In this document: positions 39,918 to 52,858 of the stretch, piece after piece | How the letters are laid out: every line of letters begins with the position of its first letter | How positions within the stretch are numbered: position 1 is the stretch's first letter | Assembly (NCBI GenBank): GCA_951406725.2 | Contig: OX597822.1 | Coordinates: 59,520,001-59,584,000, forward strand | DNA: 64,000 nt | Origin: Octopus vulgaris | Taxonomy: Eukaryota | Direction of reading: 5' to 3' | Notes under the pieces: generated by a model | The model's input: the letters and a program-made list of their open reading frames with translations, nothing else | Told to the model about the DNA's origin: nothing | The model's database searches: none | Translations under genes and position numbers: made by a program

Positions 39918-40432
39918 CCGTAAATCCTCGAGTATAATCCGCATTTTTTCCCAAAATTTAAAGGTCAAAATCCTTAGTGTGTACTATGTACGAGGTTAAA
40001 AATGAAAATTATTTTCTAAGCAATGCCCGAGTCTCTATTTGCTGTCCGACAATGTTTATTCAGACGCATTTTGTGATGTCGGGAGCGAAAATACTTTAAG
40101 CTAAACCTGAAAGCAATGAAGTCATAAAAGAATCATCCATAACTTGCAATAAGCAACATTTATTAAACGTTATTAGTTATTACTGTTATTATCTTTATTT
40201 TCTGCAAAAAAAGGCACAAAAAAGCTACACGTTTGCATTATGTTATATATACAATAATAATAAAGGACATTACCGTATACAGCTTTACAAACCAAGGACG
40301 TTTTATAGACCTTGTCTCAAGTTAGAGAAGGGGTGCGTATTATACACAAGGTTTAGGTTTTTCAGAGGTACAGCCCCCTAAAAATTCCCTGCGTATTATA
40401 CTCAAGGGTGGACTATACTCGAGGATTTACGG
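39918..40432. mobile_element. pogo-like MITE
   Basis: 19-bp TIR CCGTAAATCCTCGAGTATA / TATACTCGAGGATTTACGG|TA; subterminal GCGTATTATAC repeats. Confidence 0.85.
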
Positions 40433-40651
40433 TATTAAATTATGATAATTTAGGAGGCAGTCTGTAATTATTTGCTGACCAGCAAAACATAATAACAAAT
40501 ATTCCACCATATCACATACTACTATTTCTAGAAAGCTGCACTGGATAAGGTAGTTCTAGATACACAGTATGTGCTTACTCAGCAATTACTCGAGGTTAAA
40601 CATCTACAATAAGTAAAGAATAATATATAACTTACAATGAAAGCAATATCC

Positions 40652-40850
40652 TTTCTATTTAGGAACAATGCCCGAAATTGCATGGGGTGGGGCTAGTCGA
40701 TTTCATCAACCCCAGGACTATAATGGTAATTATTTCATCGATCCCGAAAGGATGAAAAGCAGAATCGATCTCGTTGGCATTTGAACTCAGAACGTAAAAA
40801 CGGACGAAATACCGCTAGGCATTTTTCCGGCGTACTAACGATTCTTCACC
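40652..40850 (-). mobile_element. SINE family B
   Basis: ATCGATCCCGAAAGGATGAAA..TTGAACTCAGAACGTAAA..GACGAAATACCGCTA. Confidence 0.75.
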
Positions 40851-41221
40851 ACCTTCACAGATTTGTTCACCGCTTCCTTCTCCGATTTGTTCACCGCCTT
40901 TCAGTGAAAGTAATATCGAATGTGACAAAGAAAAAAAAAAAAAAGAAAGAAAAGTAAAAGGACTTTGAATACTCAAGATCATGATTAGTAATTTCGCTCA
41001 TCTTTGTGGTTTAAAATTGTGTTAAATAATATTGTAAAAAATACTTTCACAAGAGAAGAAATTATCTTCTGCATTAATGAGACAACGTAAGGATTTCAAG
41101 TAAAGACATATATTACGTAATATGGTCTGAACCCGGAAGACCATGGAGGACCCTTGAATATCATCTTCCGGCCTTGAATTTATGGTTACAATACAAGAAT
41201 CGATTCATCTCTACTAATATG

Positions 41222-41500
41222 TTTGTTCCCTCTCGAGCCATGCCCGACTCATAAGGGCTGGTTTCCCGGTTTCCTTGGCGTATAGGTTCCCCACCTGGAC
41301 GGGACGCCGGTCCGTCGCAGGTGAGCTGTTAGATGCAGGAGGAAAGATTGAGAGAAAGTTTTGGCGAAAGAGTCAGTAGAAGTTTGCCATTACCTTCTGC
41401 CGGAGCCGCGTGGAGCTTAGGTGTTTCGCTCATAAACACACACAATGCCCGGTCTGAGATTCGAACCCGCGATCCCTCGACCACTAGACCATGTGCCTCC
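41222..41500 (-). mobile_element. SINE family C, tail variant 2
   Basis: Reverse complement aligns with 33397-33690. Confidence 0.8.
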
Positions 41501-44401
41501 ACTCTACTAATATGTAATATATAGTAAAAAGATGAGAACATTATAGTAGTATTAGCAGCAGCAGCAGTATTAGCAGCAGCAGCAGCAGCAGCAGATGTAG
41601 AGCAGTAGTAATAGTTATTGTTGTTTAGTCCAAAGTTAGTCTGATCGAGCAGACCTAATATCAAAGTAATTTCAGTCGTGACCGTTCCGCTGCTTACGAT
41701 GTATCTCGGACTACATTATATATGGGCACGGTGTAATTTGAAGGAAATTTCGTTCCTATTTCTAGCATGTTGAGTAATAACGCAGAAGCCTTCTATGTCA
41801 GTTCTGTTGAAGAGTAACTGTTTCAGAAAGCAGACCATTTTAACTCTTCTAAGTTGTAGGCACCGTATTTCCCTCACTGTGTCTGTCAGTGACGCAGAGA
41901 AAGATTACAGTCTGTTTATCGTGTCTGGTGTATATAACTAGAAAAAATAAAATATATTTACTTTTGATTATAACAAAGTTTAACCAAAAAAACGAAAATG
42001 GCTAAAATAATAAAGCATCTTCATGAAACGAAGAAAATAAAACTAAACAATGAACAAAACAAAACAAGGAAACAAGCTAAAATAATAATTTAGCCTTCTA
42101 AAATAAAACAAAATGGAATCTTTTCGATATGAGTGAAACAGTGATTAACTGTTGTTTTCATTGTGTATTGTCGGAACAGCTTTCCTGGGTAAAACGTTGG
42201 ATGAATTATATTAAAAGGAGGGAAAAAAATACTCATCATCCTAATGGCCTTTATCACAATTATAGAATAATCGTTTACACATTTCAAAGTTTTACACTGG
42301 AACAAAATTAGGTTATAAGCAGCATGTGGTATTTAGACACTTCCCACATGCCATATGTCTGCGAAGATTAACAGAGAGACAAGGTCAGTAGCAGCATTCT
42401 AGAGCAATAGGCCATAGAACAAAGATTCATGAAAAGATAATGCTATCTGTTATCTAGAGGCTGACTACAATAGATAGAGGCTTCATTAAAGGAAGTAAAG
42501 CATTAATAATTGCTGAAAACTAATATTCCTAAGAACTGTAGCGAAATACATTGAAAATAGGCTACTCTCCGTCAAAGACAATTCTTCGCTGGTGGTTATT
42601 GTAAATGTAGTTTTTAATAGAATTAATCACGTCGTTGATGTAATCTTTATTTCTAATATGGTTTTTTAGAAACTTTATTAAGGGCTATTTTAATAGGTTA
42701 TTTTACAGGGATCCCTTAATAACTTATTAACAATGAACACCTGCTATGTGTTATTAACAACCCGAACTATTTCGTATTTACAGTCAGTGCTACTACAAAA
42801 ATGCAGTGAACCAAGAAATAATTAATTAAAATTACACGAGGCGAGGAGAAAGAATAATTTGTTTAATGAGTAAAACAGTTTAATAAAGATAGGGAAGATA
42901 AACGAAAAAAATTATAATTAAAATAATTAACAACTGCATGAGGACATGGGAATGGAGTCTGTTTGTGACAGTACAATAAAACTTCTGACATATTTCAACC
43001 TTATTAAGCCTCCTCAGTGAAGGGTAGTTCTTATCAGTACTGCCGGATAAAGTTGACTTCATATATATGCATATATACGCAATACATTAACTAGAATTGA
43101 TAATTAAGCCAATGATTTGTTTTCCATGTCTAGGATGTAAATTTAATTAAAATTTCTTGGGCTCATTACATTAACAGCAACTTTACCATTTGGTTTTCCT
43201 GCAGAGCGCGTCACTAGGTGTTTCCCCCACTATCCTTTATATTCTATGTAGTGTTGCAATGATTACTGTTATAGCAGGATCTGAGAAATGTAAGTGTACG
43301 GCATTAGATGTTTTACGTACGGAGTCATGAAAAGGTAATGAAATTATTGTTATTCGAAGAACAACAATAATTTTATGATTATTTCCAATGTTTCCTCATT
43401 AGCCATTGAACTACTACTCTTAGAGATTCTACTAATTCCTTCCATCTGGCACAATATGGAGATAAACAAATTTCACCCTCTTTCATAAAAAAGCAGTTGA
43501 ATTTGTTCGAGAGAGAGAGGGAGAGAGAGAGAGAGAGAAAGAGAAAGAGAGAGAGAGAACTATATAGTTACGGGTGGTTATACGGCTCCATAGTTTATAA
43601 CAAAATAACAAGACATTGTTAACCTAGCTCCTAGTCATATCATGCCCGGAAATTCTGTTAACTGTCTGTTAAACATGAATCAGTGGATTGTTTATTTTTC
43701 AGGTGTCTATCAAATATATTCAGTGAAACATTCACCATACAAAGGACGTAATTTGGCATTGTTCCAAAGCTTTCGTTTCCATATCAACACAGTCGGACAC
43801 TATCAAAGCAAGAACCGAAAGTTTTGCAGTGACGTAATGATATCTTTGGTACACTTTAGCACAAGCCTACATAACACGTGGCCGGCAAACTGCTTGAGGC
43901 TCTCTGACAGCTGTTTGTAAGTACACACTAATTTTTCGAGAAACTAGATTTTTTTTTCTCAAGTACAAGGTTAATTTTAGTGATATTCTCAGTTGAAGTA
44001 ATTTCATAGTCTTTAACTGCCACCTTTATTATCTATTAGATCAAACCTAGAGGGAACCTAAAATACGAAGACGATTCCAGCAGAATTTTAACTGACTACA
44101 ACAAAGAGCTGAGTTAGATACAATGCTACGCGCTATTATTCTCATCCCCATCTAATGTTATTTGAAGTAAAAAATATACTAAATAAAATTATTGGAAAAG
44201 AGTGCAAGAGGTTTTAGATATGGTAAAGGATCAGAACACATGAATACTCATTAAAATTCTCTTCTAATGAGTTTATAATCTAAATGAAATCATTAAACAT
44301 TCTTCATATAATTTGAATCCCACTGCAGCCAATAGCATTTTCCTTTAAAGTAGTGTGACACTTGCCGTTCTTTTGTAGTACCAATTTTCATGAAGAAAAT
44401 T

Positions 44402-44607
44402 GATTTCAAATTTTGGCGAAAATCCAGCAATATCGAGGGAAGTGTAAGTCAATTACATCGATTCCAGTACTAAACTGGTACTTATTTTATCCACTCCTAA
44501 AGGATGAAAGGCAAAGTCGACCTCGGTGGAATATGAACTCAGAACATGAAAACGAACAAAATGCCCCTAAGCATTTTGCCCGTTAACGATTCTGTCAGCT
44601 CACCGCA
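44402..44607 (-). mobile_element. SINE family B
   Basis: CTGGTACTTATTTTATC..AAGGATGAAAGGCAAAGTCGACCTCGG. Confidence 0.78.
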
Positions 44608-44619
44608 TTCATGGTTTTA

Positions 44620-45370
44620 AATACAGAATTTGCTTTGTATTGTTTTATAAAGCAGTACAATGGAAGTGGAGTGATTAGAATAGTAATAAAAGAAAAAAGA
44701 AATGCAATACTGCTCCATTATGGGTAAGTTGGCATAGTGACGATGTGTGAAGCCAGCTGGGTTGCTGTTTCTAGAATGCTCGCCCATCATTGAAGGAAAA
44801 AAGTGTAGGATGATTTGTCCCAGATGTATGGACATTACTCTAGTACAGAATGCGTCTTTTCTTTGTAAAGAGAAAGCAGCTACTCAGGACTGACATCTTG
44901 GTGTGAAAGTAAATTTTGATGCTAAATAAAGGTATTACGGTTACAAGGAGGAGGAACTGGATTTGTTGACGTATGCAGTAGGAGATGAATTTTAGATCAG
45001 AATGGTTCATAAGAAAACATGCAACGTTGCGAGTCTGTTCTCTTTACTTATGCAATATCTGTTGTTTTCTTTAGATAAAGGCTGTTGTTCTACTTCAGAT
45101 ATATAATGCCTGTTGTTCTCTTTAGCTCTTGCATTTTAAAAGAGGATTAGGAATTTTGATCTTCCTATTCTTATAGTGAGTATGAATTGTTAACTAGTTC
45201 TGAGAAGTATGCAAGTTGAATAGTACAGCTGTATGTGGTGCATATTGCATATGTCGTAAACAGTAGTGGCTTTATCAAGAAGCTTTAGACTAACTTCCTA
45301 TTGGCCACTTGTTCCTATTTGATGCACACGATTTAGGAGTAGATTACATTCTTAAACACTGCTCTCTTCA
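44620..45370 (-). pseudogene. Decayed CR1/L2-group LINE 3' region
   Basis: Minus LE*CPYIWD (cf. LEYCxxVW) and SFFFYYY; heavily eroded. Confidence 0.4.
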
Positions 45371-45753
45371 CACTAGAATGTTTCTCTTTGTCTCTCTCTC
45401 ACTCTCTCTTCCTGTGTGTGTATAAGAGAGAGCGAGAGAGAGAGAGTTGTGTGGGTGTGTGCACGTGTGTTGCTGGAGTCTGGCCTACACTTCAGTGTAT
45501 GTTCGAAATTTTTAGCGCTAGTCATTGCCAACCTTCTGATTTATTAAGGGTAAGATACAGGAGCAGGTATTTAATTTTCTATCGCATTTCTTTTTAGCAA
45601 TGGCCTCCAGTTAGCTGGATATTGAGAGCGACATATTTATCGCTTTTGTCACTGATGTTTCTGATCAAAGAACCGAATCTATGATCTTTGGTTTTTATTT
45701 CTTGCCGGTACACACATACACGCTCGCGCGCGCACATGCAACCTCACACACGA

Positions 45754-45800
<47 letters not shown>

Positions 45801-45929
45801 GATATATACACACACAAACATGCACGCACACATGCGTGTGCACAACAGACACACGCACACACATTGTGAGTCTGTATATGTGTTATTTCGTGGTTGTCTA
45901 CTTATGCAGAGTCTGACCACCTCCTGTAC

Positions 45930-46259
45930 TTACACCATAGGTCCATCACGGCATCTAATGTGGCTTTTTAAATCAGACATCGTATTGAAAAGGCACCCAC
46001 AGAGATTGTATATTTTATTTGGGCCACCAAGAGCTGCAGTTAAGTTCTGATCTTTGTGGATCTTAAAATGTCTCTTGAGGCCTCTGTTAGATTTGCAGAC
46101 CTTATGGCATACACAGCATTGAAAAGTGTGAACAGATATATAGGCAAAGTAGTTGGTGGAGGTTCATTTTTCATGTGTCCGCAAATGAGATTTGAGCCCA
46201 GCAAAAGAAAGGCATGGTCTGTCACAGACTGTGCACTTAAAAAGGTCGCTGATATTCAC
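45930..46259 (-). pseudogene. Three tandem C2H2 zinc fingers in one frame with one internal stop, probably the C-terminus of an RTE-like LINE
   Basis: FKCTVCDRPCLSFAGLKSHLRTH-EK*-..FQCCVCHKVCKSNRGLKRHFKIH..IYNLCGCLFNTMSDLKSHIRCR..*; TGA at 46164-46166. Confidence 0.8.
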
Positions 46260-46261
46260 AT

Positions 46262-46395
46262 GTATGTATGCATGTATTTATGTCATTGTTCAGTTTTATT
46301 TTAAGATTTCTTGCCAATAGAGAAAGAGCCGGTTTCTAACCTATATTTAAGGCTCCTTCATTAGAATTTCAACATCAACAACAGGGTATTTCCGT
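46262..46395 (-). mobile_element. Short PLE terminal-repeat-like element with variant hammerhead-like motif (46322-46370)
   Basis: Minus GAAATT-CTAATGA-AGG-AGCCT-TAAATAT-AGGTT-A-GAAAC-CGGC-TC-TTTC; flanked by (TATG)n. Confidence 0.45.
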
Positions 46396-46849
46396 ATGTA
46401 TGCATGCATGTATGTATGTATCTATCTATCTATTTATCTATCTATATGTGTGTGAGTGTGTATGTGTGTACACATACACACACACACACACATCATAGGC
46501 TCTCGACTTCGATTCTGCTTGAAACTTACAGTTGCAAGGTTTTGTACGAAGTGAGGCTTTAGCAGAAGTTAATTGTCGAAAATATCGCGCAGTTAGATCT
46601 CGCTTTGAATCAAGCGTATACGAACCAAATATTTTAACTTTACAGCAATATACGAATCAATTTTATTGCTCTTTTGTGTTCTATTTTCCCAGTAGTGCAT
46701 TTGCGAAGCGAACTCTCGCCTGATTTTCATTATACTATAAATATTAACCACTGATGGACCAAAAACCAAATATGCAACGATTTATGACTCACATTGCTAA
46801 GCTTTGACATAGGATGACACATAATACAGTATCATTTATGTTTTTAATG

Positions 46850-47069
46850 TTGTGCTAAAAAGTTCCTAACTTTGGGTAAAAAAAAAAGTAAAAGAAAATA
46901 CAGGAGGATCAGTTAATTATGATTTTATTCAACATATTCCCATCTCAGATTCACACACTGATGGCAACGGTTCTTCAGTTTCTCTAAGCCCTGTGAAAGA
47001 ACTCGGAAGGTTGGGCCTCTAACCAGGCCTTTCGTGATACCCCTAAAGCCAGAAACTTTTCAGCACCCC

Positions 47070-47077
<8 letters not shown>
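46850..47077. mobile_element. mariner-derived MITE
   Basis: GTGCTAAAAAGTTCCTAACTTTGGG ... CCCTAAAGCCAGAAACTTTTCAGCAC imperfect TIRs. Confidence 0.6.
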
Positions 47078-47133
<56 letters not shown>

Positions 47134-49979
47134 TACGTGTGTATACACACATACACTTGTATGTGCATTAGTAAAATATTGTTGCATAGTAATTAACAAT
47201 TCTGATAATGCAGAAACAGGAATATTATTTTCACCTTTTACTTTTTTTTTAAAGCGATGTTTATGATATTATGATTGAATTATCAGTTGTAAGCTTATCG
47301 CCATTGCTACCGCACTTTAAATTTCAAAGGTTAGTTTACATCAAACCACTGTCAACAACAAACTTTTGTGCTTATGCTGTAGATATATATCGAAGTTTGC
47401 GTGCAACGATAGCTCACACGTGAGGGAAATCATATTGGACACGTGGTAGACATGACAGGAAAAGGCTGTAACTGATACGTCTTCCACTGTTTATCATTTA
47501 TCATCCTGCCTAACTTAATCAATATTTCTGCATCAGTTCGGCAAGCACCCAGTTTATTAATATCCTATATGTTCATTTTTTAAAGATAATGTTTGCAATA
47601 AATTGACAATGACTTTGAATTATTTTATCTTGTACTTAAGAAATTATAGCAGCGTTCCAGAATATCTTTACGTGACCTAATAATTAGCTACCCTCACGGC
47701 TGACATCTTTTAAACAAACATTTCCTGTTAGGGGACTTATGTTTAAAACAAAGTTTCCTGCCCCAGTTCCAAATATTATTAACTGGCTCTATTTCTTATC
47801 TACTTTTAAACTGTTTTCCAGTGCTCGAGTCATATTGAAATCTTATATAGTTTACTCCTCCTTACTTGCAATACCTAACCTACCCTATGTCTTGACCTTA
47901 GATGACGTGAACACGTGATATGAAGAACACGTTCAGGAGCAGAATTTTCTTTTATTAAGTTTCAGTAAAGATGGTTATTCTCAGTTTCCTTCGCCAGGAT
48001 CGGATGTTTAAGCTAAACAAACACACAGATGATGGAGCAGCTGATTTCAGATTTAAATTTAGGACGTCGACGTGGATGCATCAAGGCTAGTTGGTGCAAA
48101 CTGTTCTTTGGCATTAAGCAAATTTAACATTCAAGGATAGAACAACAATCACAAAATCGAAAAACGAAACAAAACAAAACAGAAAAGAAACGAACATGTT
48201 TTGAATTATATTAGATAAAGATGATAATGAGCCAAGTGATATTTTCATTTGGAACAAATGAGCAATATTAATGAGTAATCAATCTTGTTTCAATTTAAAA
48301 AGATTTATTCTAATTATTTTATGTCTGCCGACTTTCAGTGCTCTAAGATATCGGGAAAAAATGTTAATATATTCGATATGTCAGAGATATCATGGAGGCA
48401 TTCTTCAAAACATTGATATCCCATTTGGGAAAAGAAGGTCGTTCTGCCTTCATATTAATAATGTGTCCTTGGGGTACCCTGAAATATTAAAGGTCGCTCT
48501 CTTGTTGATTGTTTCGTCTAATACATCGTCTAATGTTTCTCGTTATTTTCGACATGCATCTACTGAACATATTACAAATTGTAATCTAAGAAACCATACT
48601 TGAGTCGAAAAGCAGAAATATGTCTTATATGGCTTAAACTAAAGACATTAAAGAATCTCACAGTAGATTATTTTTAGCTAAGAAAAAATCAGCCGAACAA
48701 TGAATATTTTAAAACTTTCAGTGAACTTGTTGCAAAGAGAAGGGAGTAGTCATAAACGTGTATGAGTGTGACACGAACTTAGCAAGCCGACTCTGTGATG
48801 CATGCTGAATTGTCGAAATACAACGCATTTTGAGATGTTTTTTTTATATAAACATTCCGTTTTAATGTATGGTTAATTATGGGGATACGCTTGGGAGGTG
48901 TTTAGTTATAATAAAATTCTAATTTTGTAGCTCAATTAATTCCAGTAAAGCGTTTCATTATTAAAGAGGCAATGACAACCGCCTGCTTAAATATGAATAT
49001 TAATATTTTGTTCAAGATATTTAATATTTTTAAGATAATTGATCTTTGATGTCAGATTATTTGTCAAACACCATGCTGAAGTTTGTCTTTGCATTCCTAA
49101 ATAACAAACAATAACAGCATTGATATCTGCAAAACTACTGTTCTGATTATCCCTATTTATACTGAAATTCTTGCATAAGCAAAGTGTCCAAAACAATTTC
49201 TCGGCGATTAAATTTTTTCCGCTTGATAAACATACAAGATAAGCATTAAAAGCAACAAGTGCAACAACAATAGTAATAATGTTGGTAATTTGAGCATGAG
49301 GAGGAGTAAGTATAAATAGTTGATGAGAATAATGATGGTTTTTATATTTTACACAGACGGAAGTTACAAAACAATCTGAACAAGTAATCATAAAAAGTGG
49401 GCGTGATAAAATAGTACAGATTTAATAATGATGATTATGATAATAACAATAATTACAACGGCAATATAGGGTTGAAACTAGTATATCCACAGATATATGT
49501 ATATGTAGACGTGTTTGAATACAGTGTTGGCTAAAAATATGTAGATATACTCGGTATAGTAAAATATTGAATTGAAATGAAACCCTCTTAACACACCAGT
49601 AATTTATTAACTGAGCTAGTAATCAAGATTGTATTAGTATGAAAATTAGTGTGTATAGTTTACTTATGCTCCGAGTAATAATTTGTTTATAAAGAGTCGT
49701 GAACAAACTCCAAGCAGAGAATTGAAATAAGTCCAGTTGTTTCTACTTTTTCTGCCTTCAAAGTTTTATACAAAGGAAAATTCTTCACTTTTGACAATAC
49801 ATGGTGCTTCGGCTAAAAATCTATAAAATCTATTCGATAGTACAGTATAGCATTGAACAAAATATGTTTAATGCAGCAATAATTTATTATTATTTAACTG
49901 CTTAAGGAAAATATTTCATTGCTTCAGAAGAAATATTTAATGGTTTGAGAGTTTCATTTGTATGACGAAGTGATGTCAG

Positions 49980-49983
<4 letters not shown>

Positions 49984-50056
<73 letters not shown>
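49984..50056. repeat. (GA)n microsatellite
   Basis: Direct reading. Confidence 0.95.
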
Positions 50057-50058
<2 letters not shown>

Positions 50059-51532
50059 GGAAATTGTTTGAATTCTACAGAAGAATTTGAATTCCATTAT
50101 GAAATATTAATTATAGTGTGTTACTTATAATAGTAAGCGACATCTATTCACGGTCAATCTTTAGTGTTAAATGGAAAAATAACAACAACGAGTGAGAAGT
50201 TTCTAAGCTACGAACTGCAATGATTTATCGATTCATTCAGTCGGAAGTCGAATATCCTATCGTGATATCACAAGCATTTATTTTTATCTGGCACAAAACT
50301 ATCTTTATTGGGGAAATGTTTATTGTCGATGGCAGAGGTGATTGACAGAAAAATTGTCTTTGGTTTTGTTACACAGAAACATACTGATCTTATAATGGTT
50401 GTATACTGTCAACTTAACATGACAGTAGGGGAATTAACGTATAGAAGAAATTTAATAAGAGGAACAATATTTAAACTACGCTGGAGCCTAGCTCGAATCT
50501 GACTCATCACATTCTATAAATATTTAAGCCTTACGTTTTACTAGGTAAAAGTATATGTTAATCATGCACATACCTTCATAAATGGTTCAAATTATGTTCA
50601 AGTTGGTTTTCTGGATGAAGAATAATAATAGTTTGAATACTGAATAATAACATTTATTTAAATTGCAACAACACTACCTATCTATATCTGTTTCACATAC
50701 GCACGCACACACGCCCATACACACACACATACACGCACACACGAACACACACACCCTCTCTCTCTCTTTCTGTGTCTCATTGTATTTCTCTCTCAGCAAA
50801 AACAATTTTTTCTCCTCTCTTCTCTTTCTATACATGTTATGTGATGGACAGACAAACGGAGATCAGCTTGACTTTTATAAAATAAGATTTGAGACTCTTA
50901 TCTCTTATTATTTATCTTAAATCAATTTCTCCAGTGCAGTTCAGGATACACATATACAAACACACTCACACATGCACACACATGCATTTCAATTTCTTTC
51001 TGAAAAAAATGGTTTCGTTTTTTACAATCACTATCCCCATAAGTCATCTCCCTTATTTGAACTTCAGCAACGAATACTTCAAGGCGTTCTGGTTCTAATT
51101 CTGTCTTCCATATTTTTCGAAGTCCAGCAGCTGAGCTCTGCCCCAAATTCTCCCCAACATCAACATTTGTTCAACAGTTGCTTATCTTGCATTGAAGACC
51201 TTTATCTCAACACACTGCTCCACAAATGCATTTGACTCTTGCGCCTTTCTTATACGACCCTGGTGGTGCAGCGGCTGAAATCATTTACAGCTCTCTATTG
51301 GCATTACAAATAAGTATGGCCACATAGCTGATTCTCCGCCACAGCAACACTGACATTTCAAATAATCCTGACTTCTTCCCCATTCCTGAAAACGCTCTTT
51401 ATTCTTCCATAAACCATCTCTGTTCTATAGGCTCATCTCACTAATGTCTCACTAAGGCAAATTCCTTTACATCATTCAACTGAACAACAACCTCCACTCT
51501 CAACAATCCTATAAGATCTTCAAGTTTGTTAA

Positions 51533-52044
51533 CCCCTTGACAACGGTTGACGCAAATATGCGATCACACTTTTGCTTGCCTACCAGCGATTAACGTAAAT
51601 ATACGCTGTAAAGCTGCCGTACATCTATCACGGACTTTTTAGCGGCTGACGTATGTTTACGTTCGCTATCGTGTACTTTATCTCTTGAGATGCGCGTGCT
51701 CGCCGTCCCGTGCCTTATCTTAGCTATTTTAGGTTACGTTCAAGTCATGAGACTAGCAGTAGACCAATGACATGCGGATACTCTACATGCATAATACCGT
51801 GTTTTGAGTTGTACCACACGCAAGGTATTTTCTGAATTTGAGCACAATAACTCGTGCATATCATATTATGATAAATAGCTTCACATAGTAGTTTTAATAA
51901 ACCGGTAGACGTAAATGTACGACGCTATGTTATTGTAACGGTGAACGTAAATAGACGCGAGCTCGTTGGCACTTGTGTGTTTATTAGATAAAAAAAAAAC
52001 GGAGCAGTGTCTCGCATGCGTCGGGTAATACTGGCGTCAAGGGG
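51533..52044. mobile_element. Non-autonomous piggyBac-type element
   Basis: TTAA|CCCCTTGAC ... GTCAAGGGG|TTAA: TIRs with TTAA duplication. Confidence 0.8.
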
Positions 52045-52579
52045 TTAATAACACCGTGCTCTGACAATTCTATGTTGAAAATCGTTAACAGCAAATTTCC
52101 TTCACGTCTGACCCGTCCCAACCAGTTTTCTTGCTTTCATCGGGAATCGAAATCGGATAAATGAGTGGTCTTAAAAGAAATTTGTTTCTTGATTTATGTC
52201 TTTGAGTCATACACACGCGAAAATACTTTCGCACGAAGTGGGGGGAAAAGACCATCTGAAATTTCTATCAGACTAACGAGTTCCTAAAAATATACATTTG
52301 TGAATACAACGATGAATATTGAAGGAAATGTAAACCTATACTAGAAAGGATAAGTGCTGTGCTGAATAATTCTTAAGTCTTCACTTTCTCGCCTTCCCTT
52401 TCAGGGCTCAATTAATGTTTTAAGGTGTGGGAAACTGTCAAAATGTGAACGCCCGAATTATAACCACTCGAATTCAGTTATTCTTCAAGCAATATCCTTC
52501 TTTAAGGTTTATGTATTACTCAGACTTTTAATCTATTTTATGAACTTAGTGCTATTGTAAGCATATAATTTACTACTAC

Positions 52580-52618
<39 letters not shown>

Positions 52619-52621
<3 letters not shown>

Positions 52622-52840
52622 GGCGACGAGCTTGCAGAATCGTTAGCACGCTGAGCGTAATGCTTAGCGGCATTTCGTCCGTTGTTGCGTTCTGAGTTCT
52701 AATTCTGCTGAAGTCGACTTTGCACTTCATTCTTTCGAGGTCGATAAATTAAATACCAGTCAAGTACTGGGAACGATCTAATCGACTGGCCCCTTCCCAC
52801 CAAATTTCAGGCATTATGCCTATAGTAGAAAGGATTATTG
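52619..52840 (+). mobile_element. SINE family B, full length, flanked on both sides by (TTA)n
   Basis: AAGGCGACGAGCTTGCAGAATCGTTAG..GAGTTCTAATTC (A/B-box-like)..GCCTATAGTAGAAAGGATTATT. Confidence 0.85.
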
Positions 52841-52858
52841 TTATTATTATTATTATTA

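Noticed and set aside
48271-49391. 110-aa and 134-aa ORFs in AT-rich DNA
   Set aside because: No recognisable motif; cannot be supported as genes or assigned to a TE.
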